From an uncultured Chloroflexia bacterium (lineage in GTDB: Bacteria; Chloroflexota; Limnocylindria; Limnocylindrales; CSP1-4): a stretch of 64,000 bases of DNA. The position numbers and the translations under genes were made by a program. The stretch lies in the NCBI GenBank assembly GCA_963721015.1, contig CAVRHM010000006.1, positions 590,484-654,483 on the forward strand. The letters are read 5' to 3'. The notes under the pieces are model-generated. The model was not told the origin of the DNA, did not search any database, and saw only the letters and a program-made list of their open reading frames with translations. Shown in pieces: positions 21,606-32,620 of this stretch. Positions within the stretch are counted from its first letter, which is position 1; each line of letters starts with the position of its first letter.

Positions 21606-21929
21606 GCTAGGTCTCGCGGAATCCCGCGCCAGTGCAGGCCGGCGGTCCCCCGGGTCGCCGGCCTCGCCTGGCCCCGCGTCGCGTGCCGCGGGCGTGCATC
21701 GACGACGACGACGGTCATGGGGCACGCTATCGTGGCGGACACGCGCCGTTAACGGGACCATCACATGGTCTTGACGCCCGGCGCTGCGTGATGCACTCGG
21801 CTGCCGCGTTCCCAGTCGTCGATGCGGCAGTCCGATCCTCGCTCGGAGGAGGACTTACCGGCGATGCCGGGTCGAGGAGGGCTCGACGGCGGCCGGAAGA
21901 CCGGATCCGTCACATATGGAGGAAGGCTA

Positions 21930-23056
21930 GTGAGCACCAAGCGAACCATGACCCGTTTGGCGGGTCTGTTGGCCGCATCGGCCGTCGTCCTGGCCGCATG
22001 TAGCGGCGGCGGCGGGTCGGAGGAGGCCAAGACGGCAACGTCCGTCGAGGACTTCGGCGACATGGACGCGCTCGTCGAGGCGGCCAAGGCCGAAGGCACC
22101 CTGAACGTCATCGCCCTGCCGCCCGAGTGGGCGAACTACAAGGGCGTCATCGACGAGTTCAAGGCGAAGTACGGCCTGACGGTCGATGAGCAGCGGCCGG
22201 ACGCCAACAGCCAGGAGGAGATCGACGCCGCCGACAGCCAACGCGGGCACCGACAAGGCGCCGGACGTCTTCGACCTCGGCACGGCCGTCGCGCTGGCCA
22301 ACACCGACCTGTTCGCGCCGTACCAGGTCGCGGCCTGGGCGGACATCCCGGAAAACCTCAAGGAGTCCGACGGGCCTGTGGGTCAGCGACTACGCCGGGT
22401 TCATGTCCATCGGATGCGACGCGAACAAGGTCCCAGCGCCGGCGACCGTCGCCGACATGCTCAAGCCCGAGTACAAGGGCATGATCGCGCTCAACGGCAA
22501 CCCCAAGGCGGCGTCGGCGGGCATGCACGGCGTGGTCATGGCCGCGCTCGCCAATGGCGGCTCGGCCGACGACATCGCCCCGGGCGTCGAGTTCTTCAAT
22601 CAGCTCAACGAGGCGGGCAACCTGCTGCCGGTCGACCCGACCCCGGCCACCATCACGTCCGGCCAGACGCCTTGCGTGATCGACTGGGAGTACAACAACG
22701 CGGCGCCTGACCGCGGACCTGGCGGGCAGGGCATCGACTGGCAGCTGTCGGTCCCGACCGACGCCGCCGCCCGTGGCCGCGTACTACATCCAGGCCATCA
22801 ACAAGGACGCGCCGCATCCTGCGGCCGCCCGCCTGTGGCAGGAGTTCCTGTACACCCCCGAGGCCCAGAACGAGTGGCTGAAGGGCTTCGCCCGACCGGT
22901 CCTGCTCAGAGAAGATGGTCGCTGACGGCACCATCGACCAGACAGCGCTCGGCAATCTCGCCGAGGCGGCCGGCACGCCGGTCGTCGCTGACCCAGGAGC
23001 AGACCACGGCCGCCGCCGAATACCTCGCCGCCAATTGGAGCATCGAGCTGCCGTAG
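21930..23056 (+). pseudogene. ABC transporter substrate-binding lipoprotein (PotD/iron(III)-type family 1 SBP); at least 5 frame breaks (all +1)
   Basis: GTG at 21930 follows GGAGGA. Lipobox LAACSGGGG. Breaks near 22235-22241, 22373-22376, 22768-22773, 22907-22909 and 22985-22990. Ends ..TQEQTTAAAEYLAANWSIELP. Confidence 0.75.
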
Positions 23057-23090
23057 CGGCCCGGGCACGCCATCGGACCGATCGCCACCG

Positions 23091-24017
23091 ATGACGACGC
23101 GACGTCGCATCGAGCGACGAGCGGAGCCGGCCTCGCCACGGGCGGGGCCGGCTCCGAGCGCCGGCGTCGGGCGAGCGTGTACCTCCCGATGGTGCCGTTC
23201 TTCGCCTACGTCACGCTCTTCCTGCTCGCTGCCGACCGTCATCGTCGTGCTCGGCGCGTTCCAGACCGACGACGGGTCGCTCACGCTCGAGAACATCCGG
23301 ACCGTCGTCACCGAGCAGCGCTTCCGCAGGCGTTCGGCCGCTCGATCCAGCTTTCGCTCGCGACGGCGCTCCTCGGCGCCGTCCTTGGCGGCCTGCTCGC
23401 GTGGGCCGTCGCGACGGCCGGGCCCGGGCGGCTGGCTCCGCCAGCTCGTCATCGCCGCGTCGGGCGTCCTGGCCCAGTTCGGCGGGGTCATGCTCGCGTT
23501 CGCGTTCCTGGCCACGTTCGGCTTCAACGGCCTCGTGACGATCTTCCTGCGCGAGACCGTCGGCCTCGACCTGCGCGGCGACAGCACGTGGATCTACGGG
23601 ATGACCGGGCTGACGGTCGTCTACTCCTACTTCCAGATCCCGCTGATGGTCATCGTCTTCCTGCCCGCGCTCGACGGCCTGCGCCAGGAGTGGTGGGAGG
23701 CGTCGACCAGCCTGGGCGGCTCGAGCTGGTCGTTCTGGCGTCACGTCGGCGGGCCGATCCTCGCGCCCGAGCTTCCTCGGCGCGGTGCTGCTGCTGTTCG
23801 CGAACGCCTTCTCCGCCTACGCCACCGCCGCGGCCCTCGTCAGCCAGGGCAGCCCGATCGTGCCGCTCCAGATCCGCGAGGCGCTCACCAGCGAGGTGGT
23901 CCTGGGCCAGGCGAACATCGGCAAGGCGCTCGCCTTGGGCATGATCGTCGTCGTCGTCATCGTCATGGGCCTCGTACGCGCTCTTGCAGCGGCGCGCCGT
24001 CGCGGTGGCTCGAGTGA
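23091..24017 (+). pseudogene. ABC transporter permease 1 (PotB-like); at least 6 frame breaks; start uncertain
   Basis: Segments VYLPMVPFFAYVTLFLL / LPTVIVVLGAFQ..TEQRF / RQAFGRSIQLSLATALLGAV.. / WLRQLVIAASGVLAQFGG..EWWEASTSLGG / SFLGAVLLLFANAFSAY.. / YALLQRRA / RWLE* lie in different frames. Confidence 0.7.
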
Positions 24018-24831
24018 CGACGCGCGGCGCCGACCCGCCGCGAACGGTCGCCCGCTGGGCGATGCATCATCGTCGTCGGCGGCTACCTGCTGCTGCCGCT
24101 CATCGCGATGGCGGAGTTCTCGACTCGCGGCGACTTCGGGGCCGCGTCGCTGGATGCGTGGATCGCGATCACCGAGGACCCGAACTCGTCGAGGCGATCA
24201 TCGTCGACCCTCGCGATCGCCGCGCTGACCGCGATCGGCATGCTCGTCCTGCTCGTGCCGACGATGACCTGGACCTACCTCCGCGTGCCCGCGCTGAAGC
24301 GGCCCGTGGAGTTCCTGTGCCTGCTGCCGCTCGCCATCCCGGCCATCGTGCTCGTCGTCGGGATCGTCCCGATCTACTCGATCCTCCGCCGGACCGCCAC
24401 GCGGGCATCCGCTGACGCTCGTGTTCATCGACATCATCCTCGTCCTGCCGTTCGCCCATCGGGCGATCGACGCGGGCTGCGGTCGATCGACGTGGCGACG
24501 CTCGCCGAGGCGGCGCGGAGCCTGGGCGCCGGCTGGCCGCGCGTCGATCGCTCCAGATCATCGCGCCGAACCTGCGCGGCGCGATCCTGTCTGCGGCGGT
24601 CATCTCGCGTCGCCCTGGTGCTGGGCGAGTTCACGATCTCGTCGTTGCTCAACTACGACACCCTCCAGGTGGTGATCAATCTGCTCGGCAAGCGCGACGC
24701 GTTCGTCGCCGTCGCGGTCTCGCTGGCCGCGCTCGTCTTCGCGTTCGTGCTCATCTTCGGCATCGCATCGTCGGCGGCGAGCGGCGACGGTCGGCCGAAG
24801 AACCGATCGACGGAGGAACCGTCCGTGATGA
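24014..24831 (+). pseudogene. ABC transporter permease 2 (PotC-like); about 8 frame breaks, mixed +1 and -1
   Basis: GTG at 24014 overlaps the permease 1 stop (GTGA). Segments ..IIVVGGYLLLPLIAMAEF.., ELVEAII, TLAIAALTAIGML.., GHPLTLVFIDIILVLPFAHRAIDAG, LRSIDVATLAEAARSLGAGW, LQIIAPNLRGAILSAAVIS and VALVLGEFTISSLL.. alternate between frames. Confidence 0.7.
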
Positions 24832-25917
24832 CCGTCACGACCGCTGCGCGGCACCGCAGCCGCGCCGGGGTGGCCGTGCAGCTGCTCGACCTGCACCGCC
24901 ACTACGGCAGGTCCACGCCCTGGATGGCCTGACCCTCGAGCTCGCGCCCGGGCGAGCTCGTCGCGCTCCTCGGCCCGTCCGGCTGCGGCAAGACGACCGC
25001 GCTGCGGGCGCTGGCCGGCCTCGACGAGCCGGACTCGGGCCGCATCGTCGTCGACGGACGAGACATCACGCAGCGTGCCCGCCAACCGCCGCGACATGGG
25101 CATGGTCTTCCAGGCCTACAGCCTGTTCCCGAACATGACCGCCCGCGACAACGTCGCCTACGGCCTGCGCCTGCGCGGCGTCGACGGCGACGACCGGCAA
25201 GCGGCGCGTCGGACGAGATGCTCGAGCTCGTCGGTCTCGGGCGCCAGGGCGGCCGCTATCCGTACCAGCTATCCGGCGGCCAGCAGCAGCGCGTCGCGCT
25301 CGCGCGCGCGCTGGCCATCGAGCCGAAGGTGCTGCTCCTCGACGAGCCGCTCTCGGCGCTCGACGCGAAGGTCCGCCGACAACTGCGCGAGGAGATCCGG
25401 CGGATCCAGATCGCGGTCGGCACGACGACGCTGTTCGTCACCCACGACCAGGAGGAGGCGCTGGCGCTCGGCGACCGGGTCGGCGTCATGTCGGCCGGGC
25501 GGCTCGAGCAGATCGCGCCGCCGGCCGAGCTCTACGACCGACCGCGCACCGCGTTCGTCGCCGAGTTCGTCGGCCTCACGAACCGGCTCCGCGGCACCGC
25601 CCGCGACGGCGTGGTCGAGCGTCCTCGGCAGCGCGTGCCGCTGCTGGAGGGCTCGGCCGGACCCGGCCCGGTCGATCGCCCTCGTGCGGCCCGAAGCGGT
25701 CCGGCTCGTCGCCGGACCCGAGCGGCGCCGCGCGGGTGCTCGCGGTGAGCTTCCTCGGCTCGGTCTGCCGCGTGCAGGTCGAGCTCGCCGACGGCGAGCT
25801 GCGTCGTCCGCGCCGAGTGTCCGCCGCTGACGCCGAGCAGGCTGTCCCTGGCGGCCCGGTGCGTGGTGCCGCGTCCTGCCCGCCCCTGTCTTCGCGCCCG
25901 CCGAGCCATCCGCCTGA
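24825..25917 (+). pseudogene. ABC transporter ATP-binding protein (PotA/CysA-like); about 10 frame breaks; 3' end approximate
   Basis: GGAGGA precedes GTGATG at 24825. GELVALLGPSGCGKTT, RRDMGMVFQAYSLFPNMTARDNV, LSGGQQQRVALARAL and LLLDEPLSALD are present but split over all three frames. Confidence 0.7.
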
Positions 25918-25919
25918 CG

Positions 25920-27330
25920 TCTGGTCCGGCATCCCGGAGCCGGCCCGCGAGGTCGACGTCGTCCACGAGACCGAGGTGCTCGTCGTCGGAAGCGGCCCCG
26001 GCGGGCTCTCGTGCGGCACTGGCCTCCGCGCGGGCCGGGCCCGCGACGACCCTGCTCGACCGGAACGGCTGCTTCGGCGGGAACATCACGCAGGTCGGGG
26101 TCGAGGGATCGGCTGGTACCGCCACGAGGACACGGTCGATGGCGAGGGCATCGGCCCGAGCTGGAGGAGCGCGCGGCCGCGATGGGCGCGGCGACCCGGA
26201 GACCCAGTCGCTGTCCAGGCGTTCAACGGGGAGGGTTCAAGTACGTCGCCGACGTCCTCGTCGAGGAGGCCGGCATCACGCCGATGCTCCACCGCCTGTG
26301 CCGTCGGCCCGATCATCGAGGACGGCGTCATCCGCGGGGTCATCACCGAGAGCAAGTCGGGCCGGGAGGCGATCCTCGCCGCGCGCGTCGTGGATGCCAC
26401 GGCGACGCGGACGTCGCCGCCGCGCCGGGGCGCCCGTCCACAAGACGCCGCGCGAGGAGATGCTGGCCGCGTCGGTGATGTTCTCGATGACCGGCGTGAA
26501 CAAGGGGCGCTTCCTCGACGCCGTGAAGGCCGACCCCAGACCTACCGGGACTGGGCGGGAAACGCGGAGTGGGACATCGAGACCACGGGCAAGGAGGACG
26601 AGCTCTTCTCGCCGTTCCTGCGCAAGCCGTTCAAGCAGGCGGTCGCGGCCGGGCTCATCCCGGCGAACCTCATCACGCTCGCGGGGACGTGGGGCACGAT
26701 CAGCGACCAGGGCGACCTGACCTACCTCAACCTCGTCCACCTCGCCGGCATCGACGGCACCAGCGCGGATGACCTCACACGCGGCGAGATCGAGGGCCGC
26801 AAGCAGGCGATGCACGCGATCGATGCGTTGCGCGCCTTCATGCCCGGCTGCGAGGATGCGACGCTACGCAACTTCGGGATGACCATCGGGATCCGCGACA
26901 CCCGCAAGATCGACGCGCTCTACGACCTGACCGAGCACGACGTCCGCGAGCAGGCGCGTTCGACGACTCGATCGGCATCTTTCCCGAGTTCATCGACGGC
27001 TACGGCGTCCTGATCCTGCCGACGACCGGGCGCTACTTCCAGGTGCCGTACCGGTCGCTGGTGCCGAAGAGCGTAGGAGATCTGATCGTCGCCGGGCGAT
27101 CGATCGGCGGCGACAAGGTCTCGCATGCGTCCGTTCGCAACATGATGTGCTGCACGGTGAGCGGGCCAAGGCGCCGGGACCGCGGCGGCGGTGTGGGTCG
27201 GAACGGGCCAAGACTTTCGAGCGCACTCGATGTGGATGCGGTCCAACGGAGGGCTGCGTCGTCAGGGGCGCGATCCGTGACGCCGGTCGCAGCGCCGACA
27301 TCATCCTCGAGTCGGTGGCCGACCTGGCCT
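25920..27330 (+). pseudogene. FAD-dependent oxidoreductase (GIDA/pfam12831-like); about 15 frame breaks, mostly -1; both ends approximate
   Basis: Recognisable pieces: EVLVVGSGPGGLS / AALASARAGPATTLLDRNGCFGGNITQVGVEG / GFKYVADVLVEEAGITPMLH / VGPIIEDGVIRGVITESKSGREAILAARVVDAT / APVHKTPREEMLAASVMFSMTGVN / QTYRDWAGN..IGIRDTRKI / FDDSIGIFPEFIDGYGV..VAGRSIGGDKVSHASVRNMMCC. Confidence 0.6.
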
Positions 27331-27430
27331 GACGCGGCGCGCCGGCTGGTACCGATGGGCTATCGCCCCGCACGGTCGCGGCCCGTACCGTTTCCTCTGG
27401 TCACCGTGCCCGGCGGCCGCCGGTACCCGG

Positions 27431-30400
27431 GTGGCCCGCTCGAGGTGCTCCCAGCCCGCGATGGCCCCTGCCCGCCAGCGCCCGGCGACCCCCGGCCGCC
27501 AACCCGCCGCCAGCCCGTCCCGGGCGACGTCGGGTGGCGACGCCTCGCCGGGTCCGACGCGTGCCGACGCGCTGGGTCGGATCGCGGCCCGCCTGAGCGG
27601 TCGACGCGACGTCACAGCCCTCTTCGAGGACATCATCGACGAGGCCTTCGCCCTGTTCGGCGTGGACCGGGCTGGCCTGTGGATGTACGACCCGGCTGAC
27701 CCGACGCCGCTGTCCCTCGCCGCCCAGCGCGGCCTGTCCGCCCCGATCATCGCGGCCATCAGCAGCCTGCCCGGCGACACCCGGACGGCCGGCATGGACG
27801 CCCTGCGCAGCCAGCGCGTCCGCGTCCTGGATCGCGACATGCGGACGACGGTCGCGCCCCTCCGCCGTGTCTACCGGGACATCGGCGTCCAGAGCGTCTG
27901 CTACGTCCCGCTGGTCTACGGCGACGAGACGCTCGGCCTCCTCGTCCTGTATCACCGCGAGCCGTATGCCTGGACCCGCGACGAACGGGCCCTCGCCCGA
28001 GCCTTCGGCGACCACATGGCGACGGCCATCGGCAGCGCCCGGATCGCCGCGTCCCGCCAGACTCTGGCAGAGCGGCTGACCTCGATCGGCGAGCTGGCCA
28101 GCCGGCTCAGCCGGCTCCACGACGTGGCGTCGATCGCCGGCCGCGATCCTGACCGAGACCAAGCGTCTGACGGCCAACGACACGGTCCGCATCTACCGGG
28201 TGGACCACGGGACGGGGATGTGCGAGCCGATCGCCTTCGAAGGCACGCTCCTGGGCACGACGACCCCCGACCTGACCCGCCTGCGGGTGCCCGTCGGCGA
28301 GGGCCTCACCGGCTGGGTCGCCGCCAACGGCCGACCCGTCCGCCTGGGCGACGCCGCGGCCGACGGGCGCGGGATGGTCATCGGCAGCACGGACGAGGTC
28401 GAGTCGATGCTCCTCGTCCCGATGATCCACGAGGAGGTCGTCCAGGGCGTCATCGTCGTGTCGGCCCAGGGCCGTGATCGGTACGACGCCGACGATGAGG
28501 TCGACGCTGTCGATCTTCGCGGCGTCGGCGGTCCAGGCGCTGGTCAACGCCGAGAACCTCGCCCGGCTCCGCCGCCAGCAGGCCGAGCTCGAGCACCAGC
28601 TCGAGGGCCAGCGCCGGCTCCTCGACGTCAACGAGCGGCTGCTCTCGTCCCTGGAGCCGGCCAGCGTCCTGGACCTCATCGCCGATTCGCTCAAGGCCAT
28701 CGTCCCGTACGACTCGCTGACCATCTACCAGGTGGATCGCGTCGGCGGCGGTCCGTCGAGCGATCATCGCCCGCGACGCCTTCGCCGACCAGATCCTGGC
28801 CCACGAGAGCCCGCTGGACACGGGTATCACCGGCTGGGCCATCGGCCGGGGCGAGGCGGTCCTGTCCAACGAGGCCCACCTGGATCCACGCTCGATCCAG
28901 GTGCCCGGTACCCCGTTCGAGCCGGAATTGATGATCGTCGTCCCGCTCCTCGTCAACGGCGAGACGATCGGCACGCTCAACATCGGACGGATGGGCGAGG
29001 CCGAGGCCGCGTTCAGCAGCAACGAGTTCGAGCTGACCAAGCTGTTCGCCGGCCAGGCCTCGATCGCGCTCCAGAACGCGCGGACCCACGGCGAGGTCCG
29101 GGTCCGGGCGGACCAGGATGCCCTGACCGGGCTGCGCAACCACGGCGCGTTCCAGCGCGAGCTTGGCGAGGCCGTCGCCGCGCGAGACATCGTTCGCGCT
29201 GCTCATGCTCGACCTCGACGACTTCAAGACGTTCAACGACGCGCTCGGCCATCCAGCCGGCGACGCGCTCCTCGTCGACATCGCCAGCGCGATGCTCAGC
29301 GCGACCCGCGACGGCGACCGGATGTACCGCTACGGCGGCGATGAGTTCGCGGCCCTGCTGCCCGGGGCGGACCGGGCCGTCGCCCACGCCGTAGCCGAGC
29401 GGATCCGCGCGGCCGTCCGCTTGCGTGGCCGGGACCACGGCGGTCCCGCGGTCACGGTCACGCGCGGGTGTCGCCTGCTTCCCCGATGACGGCACGACGA
29501 AGGACGGGCTGGTCGGGGCGGCAGATCGCGCCCTGTACCTGCTCAAGCCGGGTGGCGAGAGCCGCGGCCGGGGCGCCCTGACCGATCCGTACCTGCGCGC
29601 CCTCGATGAGACGGCCCTCGCCCTCCTGGATCGGCACGACCCGGACGGGCTGCTGGATACGATCGTCGGCCGGGCGACCGCCCTCCTCGGGACACCGCAC
29701 GGCTTCATCCAGGTCACCGATGGCGACGAGGCCGAGCTGCTCCTCCAGATCGGGAGCGGCCTGTACGACCGCATCCGCGGGCTGCGGACGCGGGTCGGCG
29801 AGGGGCTCGGCGGCACGGTCCTCGCGACCGGCCAGCCGCTGGCCGTCGACGACTACGACACCTGGACGGGTCGGTCATCGGCGTTCCCGACCGGCGTCCT
29901 GGGATCGGTCGTCGGGGTTCCGCTGACCTCGGGCGGCCGGGTGGTCGGCGTCCTGGGTCTCGCCTCCGGGTCCACCGGTCGGCGCTTCGGGCCGCGCGAC
30001 ACGGACGCCCTCATGAGCTTCGCCAAGCTGGCCTCGATCGCGCTCGACAACGCCCACCTCGTCGACGTCGCCCAGCGCGGCGCCCTCTACGACCCGACGA
30101 CCGGCCTGCCCAACCGCGAGCTCCTCGCCGACCGGATCGCCCACGCCCTGGCCGGCCATCGGCCGGACGACGCCGAGACGATCGCGGTCGTCCTCCTCGA
30201 CCTGGACCGGTTCAAGGTCATCAACGAGAGCCTCGGCCATGCCGCCGGCGACCGGCTCCTGGCTGCCGTCGGCCAGCGCCTCGTCCACGGCCTGCGGCCG
30301 GGCGACACGGTCGCGCGGTTCGGCGGCGACGAGTACGGGATCATCCTCGACCCGGTCGCCGGCCGCGGACGAGGCGCGCGCCATCGGCGACCGGATCGCC

Positions 30401-31411
30401 GGCGAGCTGCGCGCGCCGTTCCCGCTCAACGGCCGCGACTGGTTCATCAGCGCATCGGTCGGCATCGCCCTGGCCGACCCGGGACGGGCGACGCCCGGTG
30501 AGCTCCTGCGCGAGGCCGAGATCGCGATGGTCCGGGCCAAGGGCGAGCCCGGCGGCCGGCATTACCTGTTCGAGCCGTCGATGAGCGATCAGACGCTGGA
30601 ACGCCTGGACCTCGAGAACGACCTCCGGATGGCGCTCGAGCGCGACGAGCTGCGGCTCCACTTCCAGCCGATCGTCGACCTGCGGACGGATGCGGTCGTC
30701 GGGTTCGAGGCGCTCGTCCGCTGGCAGCACCCGACCCGCGGCCTCGTCCCGCCGCTGGCCTTCATCCCGCTGGCCGAGGAGACCGGGCTCATCCTGCCGC
30801 TGGGCCGTTGGGTCCTGGAGACGGCCTGCCGCCAGGCCGTGCGCTGGCACGCCAGCGCGTCACGCCGCGACGCCGCGCCACCCTTCGTGTCGGTCAACCT
30901 GTCCGCCCGCGAGTTCATGGCCGCGGACCTGTGCGAGGCGGTCGCGGACATCCTCGTCGACACCGGCCTGGACCCAGGCGCCCTGGAGCTCGAGATCACC
31001 GAGAGTGTGCTCATGGACCAGTCGGAGGCGGGTATCCGGGCGCTCCGCCAGCTCCGCGGCCTGGGTGTCCGCCTCGTGCTGGACGACTTCGGGACCGGCT
31101 ACTCGTCGCTGGCCTACCTCAAGCACCTGCCGCTCGACACGATCAAGATCGATCGCTCGTTCATCGTCGGCATCGACGAGCCAGCCGACCGCTCGATCGT
31201 CGACGCGGTCATCGCGCTCGCCCACGGCCTGGGCATCGGGGTCGTCGCCGAGGGCATCGAGACGGCCGGCCAGGCCGACCGACTGCGGGAGCTCGGGTGC
31301 GACCTCGGCCAGGGTTATCTGTTCGCCCGGCCGCTGCCGGCCGGGCGCATCGCCACGTTCCTGCGGTCGGCGTCGCGCCGCCGTCGCCCGTCGCTGCGCC
31401 GAGTGGGCTGA
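27431..31411 (+). pseudogene. Multidomain c-di-GMP signalling protein, GAF-GAF-GAF-GGDEF-GAF-GGDEF-EAL (about 1300 aa if repaired); 6 frame breaks, all +1
   Basis: Track ORFs 27431, 28200, 28474, 28901, 29163, 29425 and 30239 join head to tail. Breaks near 28137-28141, 28498-28502, 28738-28745, 29178-29184, 29455-29465 and 30358-30362. Motifs RYGGDEF, RFGGDEY and EALVRW..DDFGTGYSSL. Confidence 0.8.
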
Positions 31412-31436
31412 CCGGCGATCAGCCCCCGAGCCGGTC
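31410..31436. terminator. Candidate hairpin between convergent genes
   Basis: GACCGGC-N13-GCCGGTC, a 7-bp stem lying exactly between stops 31411(+) and 31439(-). No U-tract. Confidence 0.25.
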
Positions 31437-31438
31437 GG

Positions 31439-32203
31439 TCAGCGGTTGCTGCCGAACAGGCGCAGCAGGAACAGGAAGATGTTGATGAAGTCGAGGTACA
31501 GGATGAGCGCGCCGATGACGGCGCCCTTCTCCATCGAACCGGTCGCCGCGGCGAGCTGCCCGCTCTGGATGCGCTGGACGTCCCAGGCCGTCAGGCCGGT
31601 GAAGATGACGACGCCGACGATCGAGATGAGCCAGGTCAGCTGGTTGCTGCCGAGGAAGATGTTCAGGACGCTGGCCACGATCAGGCCGATGAGGCCCATG
31701 AACAGGATCCGACCGACCGACGACAGGTCGCGCTTGGTGACGGCGCCGTAGATGGCCGCGGCGCCGAACATCGCGGCGGCGCTCAGGAAGGCGGTCGTGA
31801 CCGATGCGGCCCCGTTTTCGGTGACGAGATAGGTCTTGACGATGAGGCCCAGGGTCAGGCCCATCGACGCGGCGTACACGAAGAACAGGCCGAGCGCGAG
31901 CGTCGCGCTCAGCCGGCTGATCGCGCCGCTGATGACGAACACGATGGCGAGCTGGCCGATGAACAGCAGGAACAGGTTGTTCGCGGCGAACTCGAGCAGC
32001 CGATCGTTCGACTGCACCACGGCGGCGACGCCGGCACTCACGAGAAGGCCGACGAACATCCAGACGAACGCCTGAGTGATGAACGCGCGGGCGAGGGCGG
32101 GATCCGGACGGACGATGGCGCCGGCGGTCGCGCCGTCGATGGCCTGACGGGCCACCCCGGCCGAGGCCGAGGCCGTCTGGGTCGGCGTACGGGGTTCAGT
32201 CAT
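31439..32203 (-). CDS. Bax inhibitor-1/YccA family membrane protein
   Basis: 254 aa, seven hydrophobic segments. C-terminus ..ALILYLDFINIFLFLLRLFGSNR is typical of BI-1. Confidence 0.85.
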   Translation of the reverse strand: MTEPRTPTQTASASAGVARQAIDGATAGAIVRPDPALARAFITQAFVWMFVGLLVSAGVAAVVQSNDRLLEFAANNLFLLFIGQLAIVFVISGAISRLSATLALGLFFVYAASMGLTLGLIVKTYLVTENGAASVTTAFLSAAAMFGAAAIYGAVTKRDLSSVGRILFMGLIGLIVASVLNIFLGSNQLTWLISIVGVVIFTGLTAWDVQRIQSGQLAAATGSMEKGAVIGALILYLDFINIFLFLLRLFGSNR

Positions 32204-32224
32204 GGGACCGGTGTCCTCCTCGGG

Positions 32225-32569
32225 TTACCACATCAGACCCGCGTCACGCGGGTCCCAGCGCTCGGCCAGCAACGTGACCGTGACATCGTGCTCGACGACC
32301 GACTCGGCCTGCTCCTTGACCTGGGCGATCATCGACCCGGCGTACGGGCAGAACGGGGTGGTCAGGATCATCTTGATCTCGGTCGTGTCCTTGCCCAGCA
32401 GGATCTGCTTGATCAGGGCGAGCTCGACGACATTCATCCCGATCTCGGGATCCACGACGGCGCGAAGCGCATCGAGGATGGCGAGCTCGGTCGCGCGCCG
32501 CTCCGGATCGAAGGCCGGAGCCTCGGTCGCGGCGGCCGGCGCGGTCTCAGGGGTCGTGGTATCGGTCAT
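32225..32569 (-). CDS. DUF59 / MIP18-family Fe-S cluster assembly protein (SufT/PaaD-like)
   Basis: 114 aa. Motif LRAVVDPEIGMNVVELALI and a conserved Cys in TTPFCPY. Confidence 0.8.
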   Translation of the reverse strand: MTDTTTPETAPAAATEAPAFDPERRATELAILDALRAVVDPEIGMNVVELALIKQILLGKDTTEIKMILTTPFCPYAGSMIAQVKEQAESVVEHDVTVTLLAERWDPRDAGLMW

Positions 32570-32620
32570 GTGCGGCGGTTCTCCGGGGTTGCGATGTCAT
32601 CAGCGTATCACCGAGCGCGA

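Noticed and set aside
21606-21929. A known riboswitch (glycine, guanidine, ZTP, cobalamin or TPP) in the long leader.
   Set aside because: I could not match any of the core consensus boxes that I remember. Only generic hairpins are present.
19040-30365. Programmed ribosomal frameshifting or other recoding as the explanation for the frame hops.
   Set aside because: About 50 events fall in eight unrelated genes with both signs in the core. I could see no common slippery heptamer or stimulatory structure at the junctions. No known bacterial system recodes at this density.
28134-30367. Shared sequence contexts at frameshift junctions as a sign of a site-specific process. These are TCGCCGGCCGCG at 28134 and 30356, CGTCGACC at 24202 and 35362, and CAGCCAAC at about 21502 and 22236. 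Some apparent insertions seem to complete 6-bp palindromes (GCCGGC, GTCGAC, ACGCGT).
   Set aside because: These GC-rich strings (Ala/Val/Asp codon runs) are common in intact genes of the window too. The identity of the extra base is my guess, and most other junctions show no such motif. A motif-linked basecalling or methylation artefact is worth a statistical test against reads, but it is not supportable by eye.
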